The notes beneath the pieces are model-generated. The model had not been told where the DNA came from and ran no database searches. It saw nothing but the letters and a program-made list of their open reading frames with translations. From contig JAUCBJ010006956.1 of assembly GCA_032718475.1 (NCBI GenBank), positions 1-64,000 on the forward strand: 64,000 nucleotides of DNA. The letters are read 5' to 3'. This document shows positions 13,966 through 25,900 of the stretch, piece by piece (the first letter of the stretch is position 1; the number at the start of each line of letters is the position of its first letter). The position numbers and the translations under genes are program-made. The stretch is from Nemertoderma westbladi. Its lineage: Eukaryota; Animalia; Xenacoelomorpha.

Positions 13966-14988
13966 ATGGTTTTGTTAACAAACTCTGATGTCGTTACGGA
14001 CATGGACGCGCCAACGACACGACGTCGAGTGAAACTCTATACGTTAAACGACGAGCGACAATGGGAGGACTGCGGAACGGGACACGTGTCCTCCGTGTAC
14101 GTGGAACGACTGAAAGGCATGTCGATGCTGGTCCGTTCCGAAACAGACGGGAAAATGTTACTCGAGACGAAAATACACCCGGACATTTGCTACCAGAAGC
14201 AACAGGACACTCTGATAGTATGGTCGGAGGGGGAGCATTATGATCTCGCCTTGAGCTTTCAAGAGAAGGTTGGCTGCGACGAGATCTGGGCGAAAATCTG
14301 CAACGTCCAGGGGAAGGACCCATCGGTGGAGATGACACAGGATATGGTGGATGAATCTGAGGAAGAACGTTTCGACGAGATACCGGAAGCCGTGTCCTCC
14401 GCTCCCATTAAACTGCCCCCCGCAGATATGGCGCATTTGGAAGACATTCTAGAACTCACAGTCAACTGCCTCCCTGCGTTGGCGCACAGAGAGAAGTTGG
14501 CCGTCGCCTTGGAGACTAATAACTATATCCCGAAACTCTTGGACGTGTTTAAGATGTGCGAAGACGTTGAGAATTTAACCGGTTTGCGGCAGTTGCACGA
14601 TATAGTGAAGAACCTATTCCTCCTTAATAAATTCTCTTTGTTGGAGATTATGCTGAAGGACGACTTCGTTTGGGAGGTTATCGGCTGTCTGGAGTACGAC
14701 TCCCCTAGCGGCCCCAAGAAGCATCGGGAATATCTGCGCGGCTCCGCTAAGTTCCGCGAGGTGGTGCCCATTACCAACGCGGATCTTATGGCCAAGATCC
14801 ACCAGACCTACAGGATCCAATACATCCAGGACGTCATCCTCCCGACACCCTCCCTTTTCGAGGAGAACATGCTCTCCACACTTAGTAGCTACATTTTCTT
14901 CAACAAGGTCGAAATCGTTCAAAACATACAGGAGGACACAAACTTCCTGCAGGAGGTCTTCCACCAGCTCTCTGAGGACACCACAGAG
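13966..14988 (+). CDS. PPP4R3: Serine/threonine-protein phosphatase 4 regulatory subunit 3 (SMEK/falafel/Psy2), coding exon 1; start may be ATG 14002
   Basis: EVH1-like N-terminus [24 protein letters not shown]...[11 protein letters not shown]...[15 protein letters not shown] and SMK-1 region [17 protein letters not shown]; phase-0 donor GAG|GTAGGT at 14988/14989. Confidence 0.95.
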
Positions 14989-15269
14989 GTAGGTAAATGT
15001 TATGGGAAGGCACTGTACACCAGTGAGGTAGGTTAATGTTATGGGAAGGCACGGCACACCACAGAGGTACGGTAGGTAAATTTTATGGGAAGGCATACCC
15101 ATACATACATACAACAGTGGTAGGTTGTAGGGGGGCAGCACCCCTAAATTTAACCTCACATTTTGGTGTCTATGTACCGGTACCCTAAAATTGGTTGAAA
15201 ATTATGTTTTGTGCTACTAAACATCGTATGGACTGTTTAAGTATAGCCAACAAACCAATATTTTTAAAT

Positions 15270-15620
15270 TTGGCCCCAAAATGGCTCTGTAATCGCCAAA
15301 AGTGCCTTTTTGCGCCAAAGGCTATTTATCCACCAATATTTGTTGGAATTTGTCGAAATTTGGAATATATGTTCAGAAGACCCCTGCATCCAATTCTTCT
15401 GAACAAATTTTGCCTCAAATGCTAGGAGCCTTTTAGAACAAAAAAGACCCAAAAATGGGCTTTTGTTGGGCCTTTTTGATATAAAAAGCCTCCAGGGCAC
15501 TTCCAGCCAAATTTGTTCAGAAGAAATATGGACAAAGGTATTCTGAACAAGTGTACCGTATCAAATTTCAACACATTTCAATTAAAATTAGGGGATAAAT
15601 AGCCTTTTTCAATGAAAAAA
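15270..15620. repeat. Degenerate long palindrome in the PPP4R3 intron
   Basis: GGCTATTTATCC...TGTTCAGAAG...TTCTTCTGAACAAATTT is mirrored by AAATTTGTTCAGAAGAA...TTCTGAACA...GGATAAATAGCC. Confidence 0.6.
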
Positions 15621-16117
15621 ACGTCATTCTGAGCTAAAGGTGTTTAAAGTTTAAGGAACAATTCAAACATTCTCGATGTTTTAGATAATACCGCAAATTT
15701 TTTTGTTCAATAATAACTTTGTCAAGAATGATTTAAATTCAACGAAATTTGACATCCTTGCTAAACATTAACTAATAAAACAACGTTTTAACAATTGTAT
15801 TCGTATCTGTACGGTGAGAGCCTTTTTTATGAAAAGGGCCTCTTCTATAGTAAAATATAGTGCTGCAAAAATCAGATTGTCAAAAATCAGACTACGCTCT
15901 TACGTTTTAGGTAATAACTTGAGTTTGAGAAACTGACTTTCTGTTCTTTTTTTTTGACTGCTTGCAGATTTGAAATCTCCATTAAATTCGGAAAATGAAT
16001 GATAAAAAAAAGTTTTTTGACAATTTCCAAAATTGGATGGGGGGGGGGGGGGGTGCTACTCCCTCCTTAAACTAGAATATCTTCAATAGATAGTTATTGT
16101 TAAATGTTAAATATATA

Positions 16118-17244
16118 CACCATGACCCGTAATATAGTGTCATTTTCTGATGACACGGACCCCCCCCCCCCCCCCCCCCCAAATTTTTCTACAAATCTTT
16201 ATCATATTGCTTGAAATTTGAAACACAACTAGTTCAACTCACCGTCGATGACCCCATGAAGCCGGAATTTTCACCGCACCCTCTGTATCCCGCAGAAATC
16301 GCACCCTCTGTATCATTGCCATTCTTCACTTTAGTCGTAATTTTTTCACATCAATAGAAAGCTTGCGTTGAAAGGATTCCAAATATGTAGCAATATCTGA
16401 ATTTCATTGAGAAACAGCTGAGAAATAGGCGTTCAAATATTGCAAGAATTATTGTTCACTGCAGGCCATTTATTCTATTTAATGAATACACAAAATTCTA
16501 GAACGTGTTATTTATTTTATGAGTTGGTTGGCAACAGTCGTATGCCTATACAATATCTATATTGCGTAGCTAATCATACATATAATACATCTTTAATCAT
16601 TCTATTAATAATACACTGGTTTATTTAAGGATATACATAATACAAGAATAGGAAAGTATATATATGATAATAATTAAAGTATTAATATATCGGAATAATT
16701 AAATAACCATGTGTTTACTGTATATGCTCTGGTTTAGAGTTTATAACTACTTTGTAAAAAATGTAAACATTAACTCAAAACAACATTAATAGTTTAAGGT
16801 GAAATAAAGTCTAATCAGCTAATCATACATAAACAAATTGTTCCAGAATATTGTGTATTTATTAAATAGAATAAATGGCCGGCTGCGAACAATAATTCTT
16901 GCAATATTTGAACGCTTATTTCTCAGCTGTTTCTCAATGAAATTCAGATATTGCTACATATTTGGAATCCTTTCAAAGCAAGCTTTCTATTGATGTGAAA
17001 AAATTACGACTAAAGTGAAGAATGGCAATGATACAGAGGGTGCGATTTCGCAAAAGACATTTTTTCAAAACGCTTATAAATAAAATTTAAAGGTGAAATC
17101 GAAAATGCCGGCTTCATGGTAACAACTACGGTGAGTTGAACTAGTTGTGTTTCAAATTTCAAACAATATGATAAAGATTTGTAGAAAAATTTGGGGGGGG
17201 GGTCCGTGTCATCAGAAAATGACACTATATTACGGGTCATGGTG
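16118..17244. mobile_element. Foldback/MITE with ~400-bp TIRs at a TA site in the PPP4R3 intron
   Basis: CACCATGACCCGTAATATAGTGTC at 16118 is the reverse complement of GACACTATATTACGGGTCATGGTG ending at 17244; arms extend to ~16500 and from ~16840; TATATA on both flanks. Confidence 0.9.
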
Positions 17245-17483
17245 TATATACGTTTATCGTTTTGATTTTAATTAATTATCTGTCAGTTTCAAGTACAATT
17301 TTAAATTTTTCCTGTACTGCTTTGGCTTGGGCCGCCAATACGGTGACCTAATTCCCGGGTGGGAATTCTGACTGACCTATAACCCGCCAAAGACCCTGCA
17401 GGTAGGTTAATGAGGATATTAATGGGTTTCAATTTAAATTTTCCATTAATCTCGATTTCTTGACTTTTTTTCAATATTTCCAG

Positions 17484-19088
17484 GACATCCGACGGAAGGA
17501 ACTCGTCGGCTTCTTAAAGGAGTTCTGCTCCTTCTCCCAAACTCTACAGCAACACGCTCGGGAGAACTTCTTCAAGACTCTTTCCACCATGGGTGTGCTC
17601 CCCGCCCTGGAGGTCTGTCTGGCCACTGACTCGGACCACGAGGTCCAATCGGCGGCCGTGGATATCTTCTGCTACGTGGTCGAGTTCAGCCCCTCGATGG
17701 TCCGCGAGTTCATGATGAACGAGACGAACGGGGGCGGCGAGACGGACGATCTGCTGCTGTTTAACGTCGTGGTCGAGTTGATGACCGGCGATCCAGACGA
17801 GGAGTTGGGCACCGCCGTGCAACTCCTCGCCTTGCTAAAGATCTTACTCGACCCCGAGAACATGTTGGCCTCCTTCCAACGCACCGAGAAAACCGAGTTC
17901 CTCAGCTTCTTCTACAAACACTGTATGCATCTAATAACCGCCCCCCTTCTCGCCAATACCATCGACGACCGTATCGCAAAGGACGAGTACCACACGGCCA
18001 ACCTCCACTCCCTTCTCCTCGACCTCCTCGCCTTCTGCGTCGAACACCACACTTACCACGTCCGTAACTACGTCATCAGTAAGGACCTCCTGCGACGCAT
18101 CCTCGTACTCACTCGCTCGCGGCATTCCTTCCTCGTTCTCTCGGCCTTGCGGTTCCTCAGGAAGATGGTCGGCCTCAAGGACGACTTCTACAACCGCTAC
18201 ATCATCCGCGGCGGGTTGTTGCAACCCGTTGTCGCGCGGTTTCTCGCCAACGGGGTTCGGTACAACCTGCTCAACTCGGCTATCCTCGAGTTCTTCGAGT
18301 TTATTCGGATGGAGGATGTCAAGTCGCTAGTCGGGCATATAGTGGAGGTTTACGGGGAGTCGTTGCGCGGCGTGGATTACGTGCAGACCTTCCGTGGGTT
18401 GCAACTGCGGTACGAGCAGTACGCGGAGCGGGGCGCCGTGGGCGTGTCGACGCCCCCGTTCCCGACGGCGACGACGCGCGTCGGCGGCCGCTTCCGACGA
18501 GACGAGCGATCGTTGGACGAGGAGGAGGAGTTGTGGTTCGAGTCGGAGGACTCGCCGGCCTCTTCCGGGGCCGTGGGACCGCCGGACTCGCTGTACAGCG
18601 CCCCCGTGCGTGCTCTCGGAAACCGGGCTGTCGTCTCGTCGACGACCCGAGACTACGAGGATAAGGAATCCGGCGGGTTGGTCGGTAGTACCACCGGCGT
18701 GGACTGTAGGGCGGAAGCGGTAGGAGTGCGTGGTGGTCCGGTTAGCGGGAGTCCGGACAGCGGCGGTCCGGATACCGGCCGTCCGGACAGCAACCCCCCG
18801 GATACCGGCCGCCCGGACAGCAACCCCCCGGACACCAGCTGTCCGGACAGCGCCACGCTCGAGGCCAGCCACCCAGACAGTCTCCCCGGCGCCTCCCAGA
18901 CTCTATCCCTAGAGAACGGCGTCTCAGACTCAAGCAGCGCGACCCGCCCAACCAACTCGATCGATTCCTCCGCCTCAAAGAGCCGGAAGTGCCTCGTGGA
19001 TTACGGTTCGGACAGTGAAGAGGACGAGGAACCAGCGACTCTGTCGAACAAAGACTCGCCAGCGAAACGACCTCGGTTGTCGATATAA
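17484..19088 (+). CDS. PPP4R3: PP4R3/SMEK coding exon 2
   Basis: Acceptor TTTCCAG|GAC at 17483/17484 in frame with exon 1; conserved FLKEFCSFSQTLQ, FCVEHHTYH, RYNLLNSAILEFFEFIR, DEEEELWF and C-terminal LVDY motifs; stop at 19086-19088. Confidence 0.95.
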   Translation, partial: DIRRKELVGFLKEFCSFSQTLQQHARENFFKTLSTMGVLPALEVCLATDSDHEVQSAAVDIFCYVVEFSPSMVREFMMNETNGGGETDDLLLFNVVVELMTGDPDEELGTAVQLLALLKILLDPENMLASFQRTEKTEFLSFFYKHCMHLITAPLLANTIDDRIAKDEYHTANLHSLLLDLLAFCVEHHTYHVRNYVISKDLLRRILVLTRSRHSFLVLSALRFLRKMVGLKDDFYNRYIIRGGLLQPVVARFLANGVRYNLLNSAILEFFEFIRMEDVKSLVGHIVEVYGESLRGVDYVQTFRGLQLRYEQYAERGAVGVSTPPFPTATTRVGGRFRRDERSLDEEEELWFESEDSPASSGAVGPPDSLYSAPVRALGNRAVVSSTTRDYEDKESGGLVGSTTGVDCRAEAVGVRGGPVSGSPDSGGPDTGRPDSNPPDTGRPDSNPPDTSCPDSATLEASHPDSLPGASQTLSLENGVSDSSSATRPTNSIDSSASKSRKCLVDYGSDSEEDEEPATLSNKDSPAKRPRLSI

Positions 19089-22000
19089 TCGGTATCGGCA
19101 ACCCAATAATGGGTCTCTCGAGCATTACGGGATCAATTGAGGATCCTCTACTTGTTAAACGTTTTGTCTATTTTTTTATTTAATTTTGGTTTTAGATTCT
19201 GCCAAAATGTGTCCAGGTTGACTTTTAAGTTTTACTACTGACGGGAAGTTGAGGCAATTGTATCGATTAGTCAACAATTTATTTAGAATAACAGAGCCAG
19301 GCCATCTATTTTAGCAGTTGATGTTGTCCGTGATGGATTGTTTTTTTTTAAGTATGGTTTCATTCAAAAAGTACGTTACACAATATTCGGGGAAATTGTC
19401 ATGCCATTGTCTGCTCTGCACCCCACTGTCACACAAGCTCCAACCCGCCCAGCACTCCGTTAGGGGTCCTTAACAACATTGTGACCTCACTCACTGCAAA
19501 TATGTGAGACAAGCCGAAGTTTGAGCCTTTTATGCGTGCAAGATGACAGTAGGATCATAATTCTATGTATTATTTGAATGGCAACCATCTTTCTTTCTAT
19601 GTATATTATTATTCGTGCGAAATACGTCTTTTTGGTATTTTATTTTTTTTTACCTTAAGTGTTAGCAAATATTTGTAAATTCGCGTTCATGGTTCATTGT
19701 CGTTCCCGGATCATCAACTATCATAACGATATTATTATAGCAATAAATAGTTAAGTTTGCGGTCTTATTTCATTCTTCAACTACTGAAAATGGTTTTATG
19801 GTCCCATTGAATTATACCCAAGATTCTGTGGATGTCAAGCAATACAGTTTCAGTTTCAGCATATCTTTATTAGTTTTCAAGTTATAAATAATTTGTACTC
19901 AATTCCGAAATGTTCAAAAAGGTTCGTTTAAAAAGTCCCAAATACAACAGCGTTTATTTTAACATCCAAAAACCAAAACTGATTTTTACCAAATGTACCT
20001 AAATTGACACTGGCATTCTTTGCGCGTGGGTTTGTTATAATACTGCGATAAGCGTTTAAACCACGTTGGATTTTTAATGTTACGTCACAAAACATCACAA
20101 GTTGTCATTGGAATTAGAAATAAGGAAAATATATTTCTATGGAACTATATATATATATATTTGGGATTTTGGGATTTTCAAAATCTCTTTTTCATTAAAT
20201 AAAGTCAAAGGCTAATAATGTCCCGAATAAATAAATAAATAAATTTAAATAAAATTTAAATTTTAAAAAATATATTTTTTGCAAATGCAAATTTTTGCAT
20301 TTTTTTAATATATATTTTATATTTATTTGCTCGGCTTCGATATTATTTGATCAACCGATGTGATCAAACTTGTTTCATGAATTCCTATTTCCGGGTTTTC
20401 GCTTATAATTATTATAATATGTTTGTAAGTCGTACTTTAAGGTTTTCTTTTTCAACAGGTTGCTTCAAAATTAGATATAGACAATCAAACTATTTTAATT
20501 TATTCTGGAATTCGCTGGTGTTGGTGGATTAAACACCGATTCTGGATACGGCGCAGATGTTATAAGATCATAATATAATACCCAATGGTAGATGGAGGCT
20601 GGCTATAAAGGGTGAATGGCACTCCGTTTCAATGAATGGCTGATTTTTAGGTCACCGTTTCAAAATCAAGATTATACACCATTTTTGGATCATTCAAACC
20701 GACCGATTAGTTGGGGGTAGATAGGGCGTACTCCGTTTTTTACACTTTTTCAATTTCTTTATTATCACTTGTAATCAATACACAACATGATTCGCGTGAA
20801 ATCAACCTGAATGATTAATTGACGATAAATTGAGGTCATGAACGAGGGAAGGGGGGCAAAACAAGAAGTCAGTTAAACCTGAAATGTATGCAATAAATAG
20901 CGGTAAATTATGTAAAACCTATTCACGTTCTTTATTGGAAAACAAATTATGATGATTAAATTAAAATGAACAATAAAATATCAGAAACGTAGACATAGGA
21001 AAACCAATATTATCAGAATTCATCACTGTGAAGTCCATATCACCAAGGCCTGGTCCATCCCTAGGCATATCCAATCCCACTCTTATATAAAACAAGTCAA
21101 GTCTATAAAACATACCCAATAGTCGTTTTACATAATTTAGAAGGATCTCGGGCGTAAAATCAGAATTTTGAGACTCGACCCTAAATAGCCTACATCTAGC
21201 AGTGTGGTGGACGAGCCACATAAGTCCAGGTGAGCCTTAGTGTTGGGGTATAATTATAGTTGACCCATCTGTCGTCGTCGTCGGTCAATCTTTGATGAAA
21301 TAGAACCAAACTTGGTACACATGTAGTTTATAAAAAGTTTAGAAATTCTATACACAGACATACTTCTATAGTTCATCTGTCGACCGCTAGGGGGCGAATA
21401 TCTAGGTCCGCTAATTGTACCTCTACGGAAAAGCTCACTCATCTGGACTTACGTGTGCGCGAAGGTCCCATGAACGTGTTAACTGGGGACTTATTATTAG
21501 AAGATAACTTGTATTGGTATTGTGAGAATGTTTAATGAACTCAGTGTAAATTATACGCCGACAACCCTGGCCGACAATGACAAATATCAAATATCGGGAT
21601 CTTTTAATAATTAATAATGGTTGCCGGTTGCCCCCCCCCAATTCGATCTCTGCACCCCAAACACATTGGCAAGAATTACTTGAATAGTTTTAGTTTCTGT
21701 ATTATATTTGTGTGTTTTTGTTGTTTATTTGACACAACCCCCCACCCCGCACCACTTTATCTGAGTCTACATTGGAGCCTTTTGTGAGTAACTTTTAAGT
21801 GTTATTGTTGAAATTGTAATGTAGTTGGTTTTTTCCCCTGGGTTTTGTATTAACTAATGCCTCTTTTAGTTTTGTTTTAACATAAATAAAAGTAGGTTAT
21901 TTTAGTAGAAATGTATCTATATCGCTTGCTTAAATTCTATTGGTTGTTATATATTTCACAATTCGTCAGTCAGTTTATTGTCTTCTGTAAATATATTTTG

Positions 22001-22425
22001 GAAATATTACCAATTGGTTTCCAATTTTTATTGTTTCCAATAATGAAACCAATTAATTTTTAGTGTATATTTTATTTAGCAGGTATGGGCCATTAATTAT
22101 CCGTTTTTTTCCATACACTATTCCCAATTATATCGCTTTTTGTCTTCGCTACGTTGGTTTTGGTAGTAACGCATATTTACATTATGGAACACATCTTGCT
22201 TTGTATCAATTATTATTCATATTATATCGGAGCTTATAATTTGGTACAAGTAAGCCTAACGTATATGAATAACTAACTACAAAGTGATAACAATAAAAAG
22301 GTATGATAAAGTTCTTATAGTTCAGACTAGAGTTACAACTGGTACATAGATTTATCTTACAACCTTTTGTTACATTATGTATTATTTACTAAATATATTA
22401 TTATTAAAATAATAATACTGTTTAC

Positions 22426-22596
22426 TGTAAAACTGATTTTTATCTATACTTTGTTCCTATACCGTTATTCCTATACTGGTATTCCTATACTGCTGTACCT
22501 GATCTATTACCACCTCAATTATTGAACTTTCTGACATTTTGATATAAACTTATTGTTTTCATTATTTATTTGGAAAGGGGTATTTTGGCTGGAACA
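22426..22596 (+). repeat. 5' LTR of element 1 (171 bp)
   Basis: Identical to 28285-28455 by eye. Confidence 0.97.
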
Positions 22597-22611
22597 TTCT
22601 TCGAACCGGAT
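22597..22611 (+). promoter_or_regulatory. Primer-binding site, tRNA-Tyr-like (lacks the TGG)
   Basis: TTCTTCGAACCGGAT resembles TGGTCCTTCGAGCCGGAT, the complement of the eukaryotic tRNA-Tyr 3' end. Confidence 0.6.
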
Positions 22612-22922
22612 AACTAAAAAAATGCCTAATGGAACGGATGCGAAAAGGAAATAGTATACCTTCGACGTTGTGACATCCAGACATCACTGCAATCTGCAAA
22701 TAATAAATTGTCTTCGGTACCGGTCTTGACGGCACTGGTATGTTCTACTAAAATATAGGCTACTGTCATACCATACTGTAACAATTAAATAATACCGGTC
22801 ACCAGTCTGCCAGTACCGGTATCTAACCGATAAATTACCGGTACGGTACCAGTACGGTACTGGCCCTACGGTCCAAAGTTGTACAAACTAGACCTACCCG
22901 GCCTTCCGGTACCTGCCAAACT

Positions 22923-25900
22923 ATGTCACTGCCTGGATCCCCTACTCGGAATCGTGGGGGTAAGGCAGCCATTGGTGATGATAATGAGATTCGACGTCGA
23001 ATTGAATTTCTGAAGAGAAACCGAACTACTGAGCGAACAAAAGCCCAAAAGTTGATAACAGATATTAAGGTTTTCTGGGATCAAAGCGAAGTGGATATCG
23101 ATGCTGATGAACTGGCTTACAATATTGAGGTTGCTGAGCAATACCGTAAAAACTTAAATACTATTGACTCTGAATTAATAGAGCTTGGATACTCTGTTGA
23201 AACTTCCTCCTATGACCGCGACCTCCATAAGACTATTTTCAAATCAACCCGTGTGTTAAATCGTGTGGAACGCGCAGAACAACACACCCACTCTACAACC
23301 AGTGAGAAATCCCAAAGTGATTCTGGAGGTGGAGCAGGAACCAAAGGTTTACCAAAAATATCTGTACCAACTTTTGATGGTGACTACTTGCTTTGGCGCC
23401 CATTCTGGGACCAATTCGAAGCATTAATACACAATCGCACCAGTTTAACAAATATTGAAAGATTTGTGTATTTAAGGAGCTGTTTAGTTGGTGATGCTAA
23501 AGATTCTCTAGGTGGCTTATCCCTAACAGCCACTAATTATGAAAATGCTATAGCATTACTAAAACGACGTTATGGAAACCCTCATTTATTGATTGGTATG
23601 TATGCCAGTCGATTATGTGCTCTACCTATTATACAGTCCAATGATCTTAAGGGTTTCCGGGGAATTATTGATTCCTTTGAAGCTGCTCTTCGAGAAATAC
23701 AACAATTAGCTATAGAAATAACATCACCAAAGTCTGATGGAGAGATGCTATCTACTGATAAAGGTAAGTCAAATGATCTAACTTCACTGCTACTTGCCCC
23801 ATTATTATTACAAAAGTTGCCTGTTGATATGGTTTTAACTTGGAACCGTTCTCATGCAGTTGAGCGTTTCAACTTGGAACCACTGTTATTATTTATAAAC
23901 ACTGAACTGGAATCACTAGAATCTGTTGCTTATGGTTCTTCTAATTCTTATACATCGACGGTAGGTACTACTGTTCGCTCTTCAACACACTTTAACCGAA
24001 AGAATGCCTCTGGTTCAGTTGCTTCTACTACCGCATTATATACTAGTACCATGGAAACTTCTAAAAAAATAGTGACTAAATGCCCTGCTTGTAAGAGTTC
24101 TCCTGTACACAGTTTACGGAATTGTGTTGGCTTTCTGAGTAAGGATATTGACCAACGATGTAACATAGTCAAATTGACAAAACTCTGTAAAAACTGTTTG
24201 GGTCCCCACCCTACTCATTTATGCACTTCTGAAGGAACATGCAGTAACTGTGGAAAAAAACACCATACATTACTGTGTTTCAGGTCGAAGGGTTTAATAC
24301 CAACAAACAAGGATTCTGTTGGTGAAAGTGCTTCAAATAAACTCCCCCCTTCAACCTCCGCTTCCAAGCAAGCTTCTAATGATTTTACAGCAAAAAAATC
24401 ATTTTCTCCAAAAGGTCCTACTAACTTTTATAATAATCCTTCTAATAGCTGTGTTGATACTTCAAAAATCAATAACTCCCGAAATAACCCCATTTTTATT
24501 AAACTGGCTTTGGGTTATATTACTCCCCCTGACTCTACAGAAGGGTATTTGATACATATTTATTTGGATGATGGCTCGAAAAGATCCTATATTAGAGAGG
24601 ATCTGTCTACTTCTTTATCATTACCAAGCCAAGATACTCATATTATGACTACTGGATCATTTGGGGGTTATTACACTACCCAAGAAGCAGACCATGTTAA
24701 TTTTAAACTTTATAGCCAGTTTAATTCAGAGCCTATTGACCTATCTGCTTGGACTACTGAGACACTTTGCCCCCCAATGCAGCAGGAATATTTTCACTCA
24801 CTTCCTCCACAATTGACTCATATCCAACAATGGGCTGATATTTTTGATGGAGGTGAAAGAACTGTATCATTGATTATTGGTGCTGATTATATCTGGCAGG
24901 TCACTAATTTCATAAGAACTTGTCCAAATATGCCTGCCATCATTGATACCTTTTTTGGTACAGTACTTTCGGGTCCTGCCATTGGACAACAATACAATAC
25001 CCCAACTAGCACTGATAATGTCTCTATGTTAATTACTGAGCCAATTGAAGTTACTAACTTGTGGAATTTAGAGGCAGTAGGTGTTAAGGGTGAGGAATTG
25101 TATTGTGACCCATATATTCCCCCTGAACGGTCTATTGAAGACCCTACACACTATAGAGTTCGACTACCTTTTAAAGGAACTAAACGGCCAATTTCCAACT
25201 ATAAAATTATTTGCAGGCAACAATATCATACTATGTCAAAACTTAATATTTCTGAAGCTGAGATTTACACTACTAAAATGGACAAACTATGGTCTGATGA
25301 TATTATTGAACTGGCTACAAGTTCACATGAAGAAGGTTTTTATTTACCTCATCATCTTGCACGTAGGGACACTAAACCACGAGTTGTATTTAATGGTTCC
25401 TCTTGTGACTCTGCTGGGATCAGTCTTAACTCATGCTTAGATTCTGGTCCTAACTTACTCTCCAATTTAGTTGATATTCTACTTCGTATGCGCTTCTATT
25501 CCCATATTATTACTGCAGATATAGCGGCAGCTTATCACCAAGTGGAAGTGCACCCTGAGGACCGAATGTGGTTGAAATTTTTATGGAAAACCAACACATA
25601 CCAGTTTGTTAGGGTCCCTTTTGGCATAACTCCTAGTGGTTTTCTTTTACACTCAACAATTCAACACCATGTCAATACATATGGCAATACTGAATTTGTC
25701 CGTGAATTTATGGAGTCATTATATAGTGATGATGTCATGAAAAGTAGTAATAATAGACATGAACTCAACCATTTTTTACAAAGTGCTATTGAATTACTCC
25801 AAGGAGCAGGTATGGAACTGAAACCTGTATTAAACCCTAAGAAAATCTTAGGCGTATGCCTAAACAATAATAATGATACTTTCTCTATTGATCTATCTAA

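Noticed and set aside
21225-21640. Possible interspersed repeat or SINE (ACCAAACTTGGTACAC, CCGCTAGGGGGCG motifs)
   Set aside because: Single copy in the window, with no definable termini, TSD or Pol III boxes
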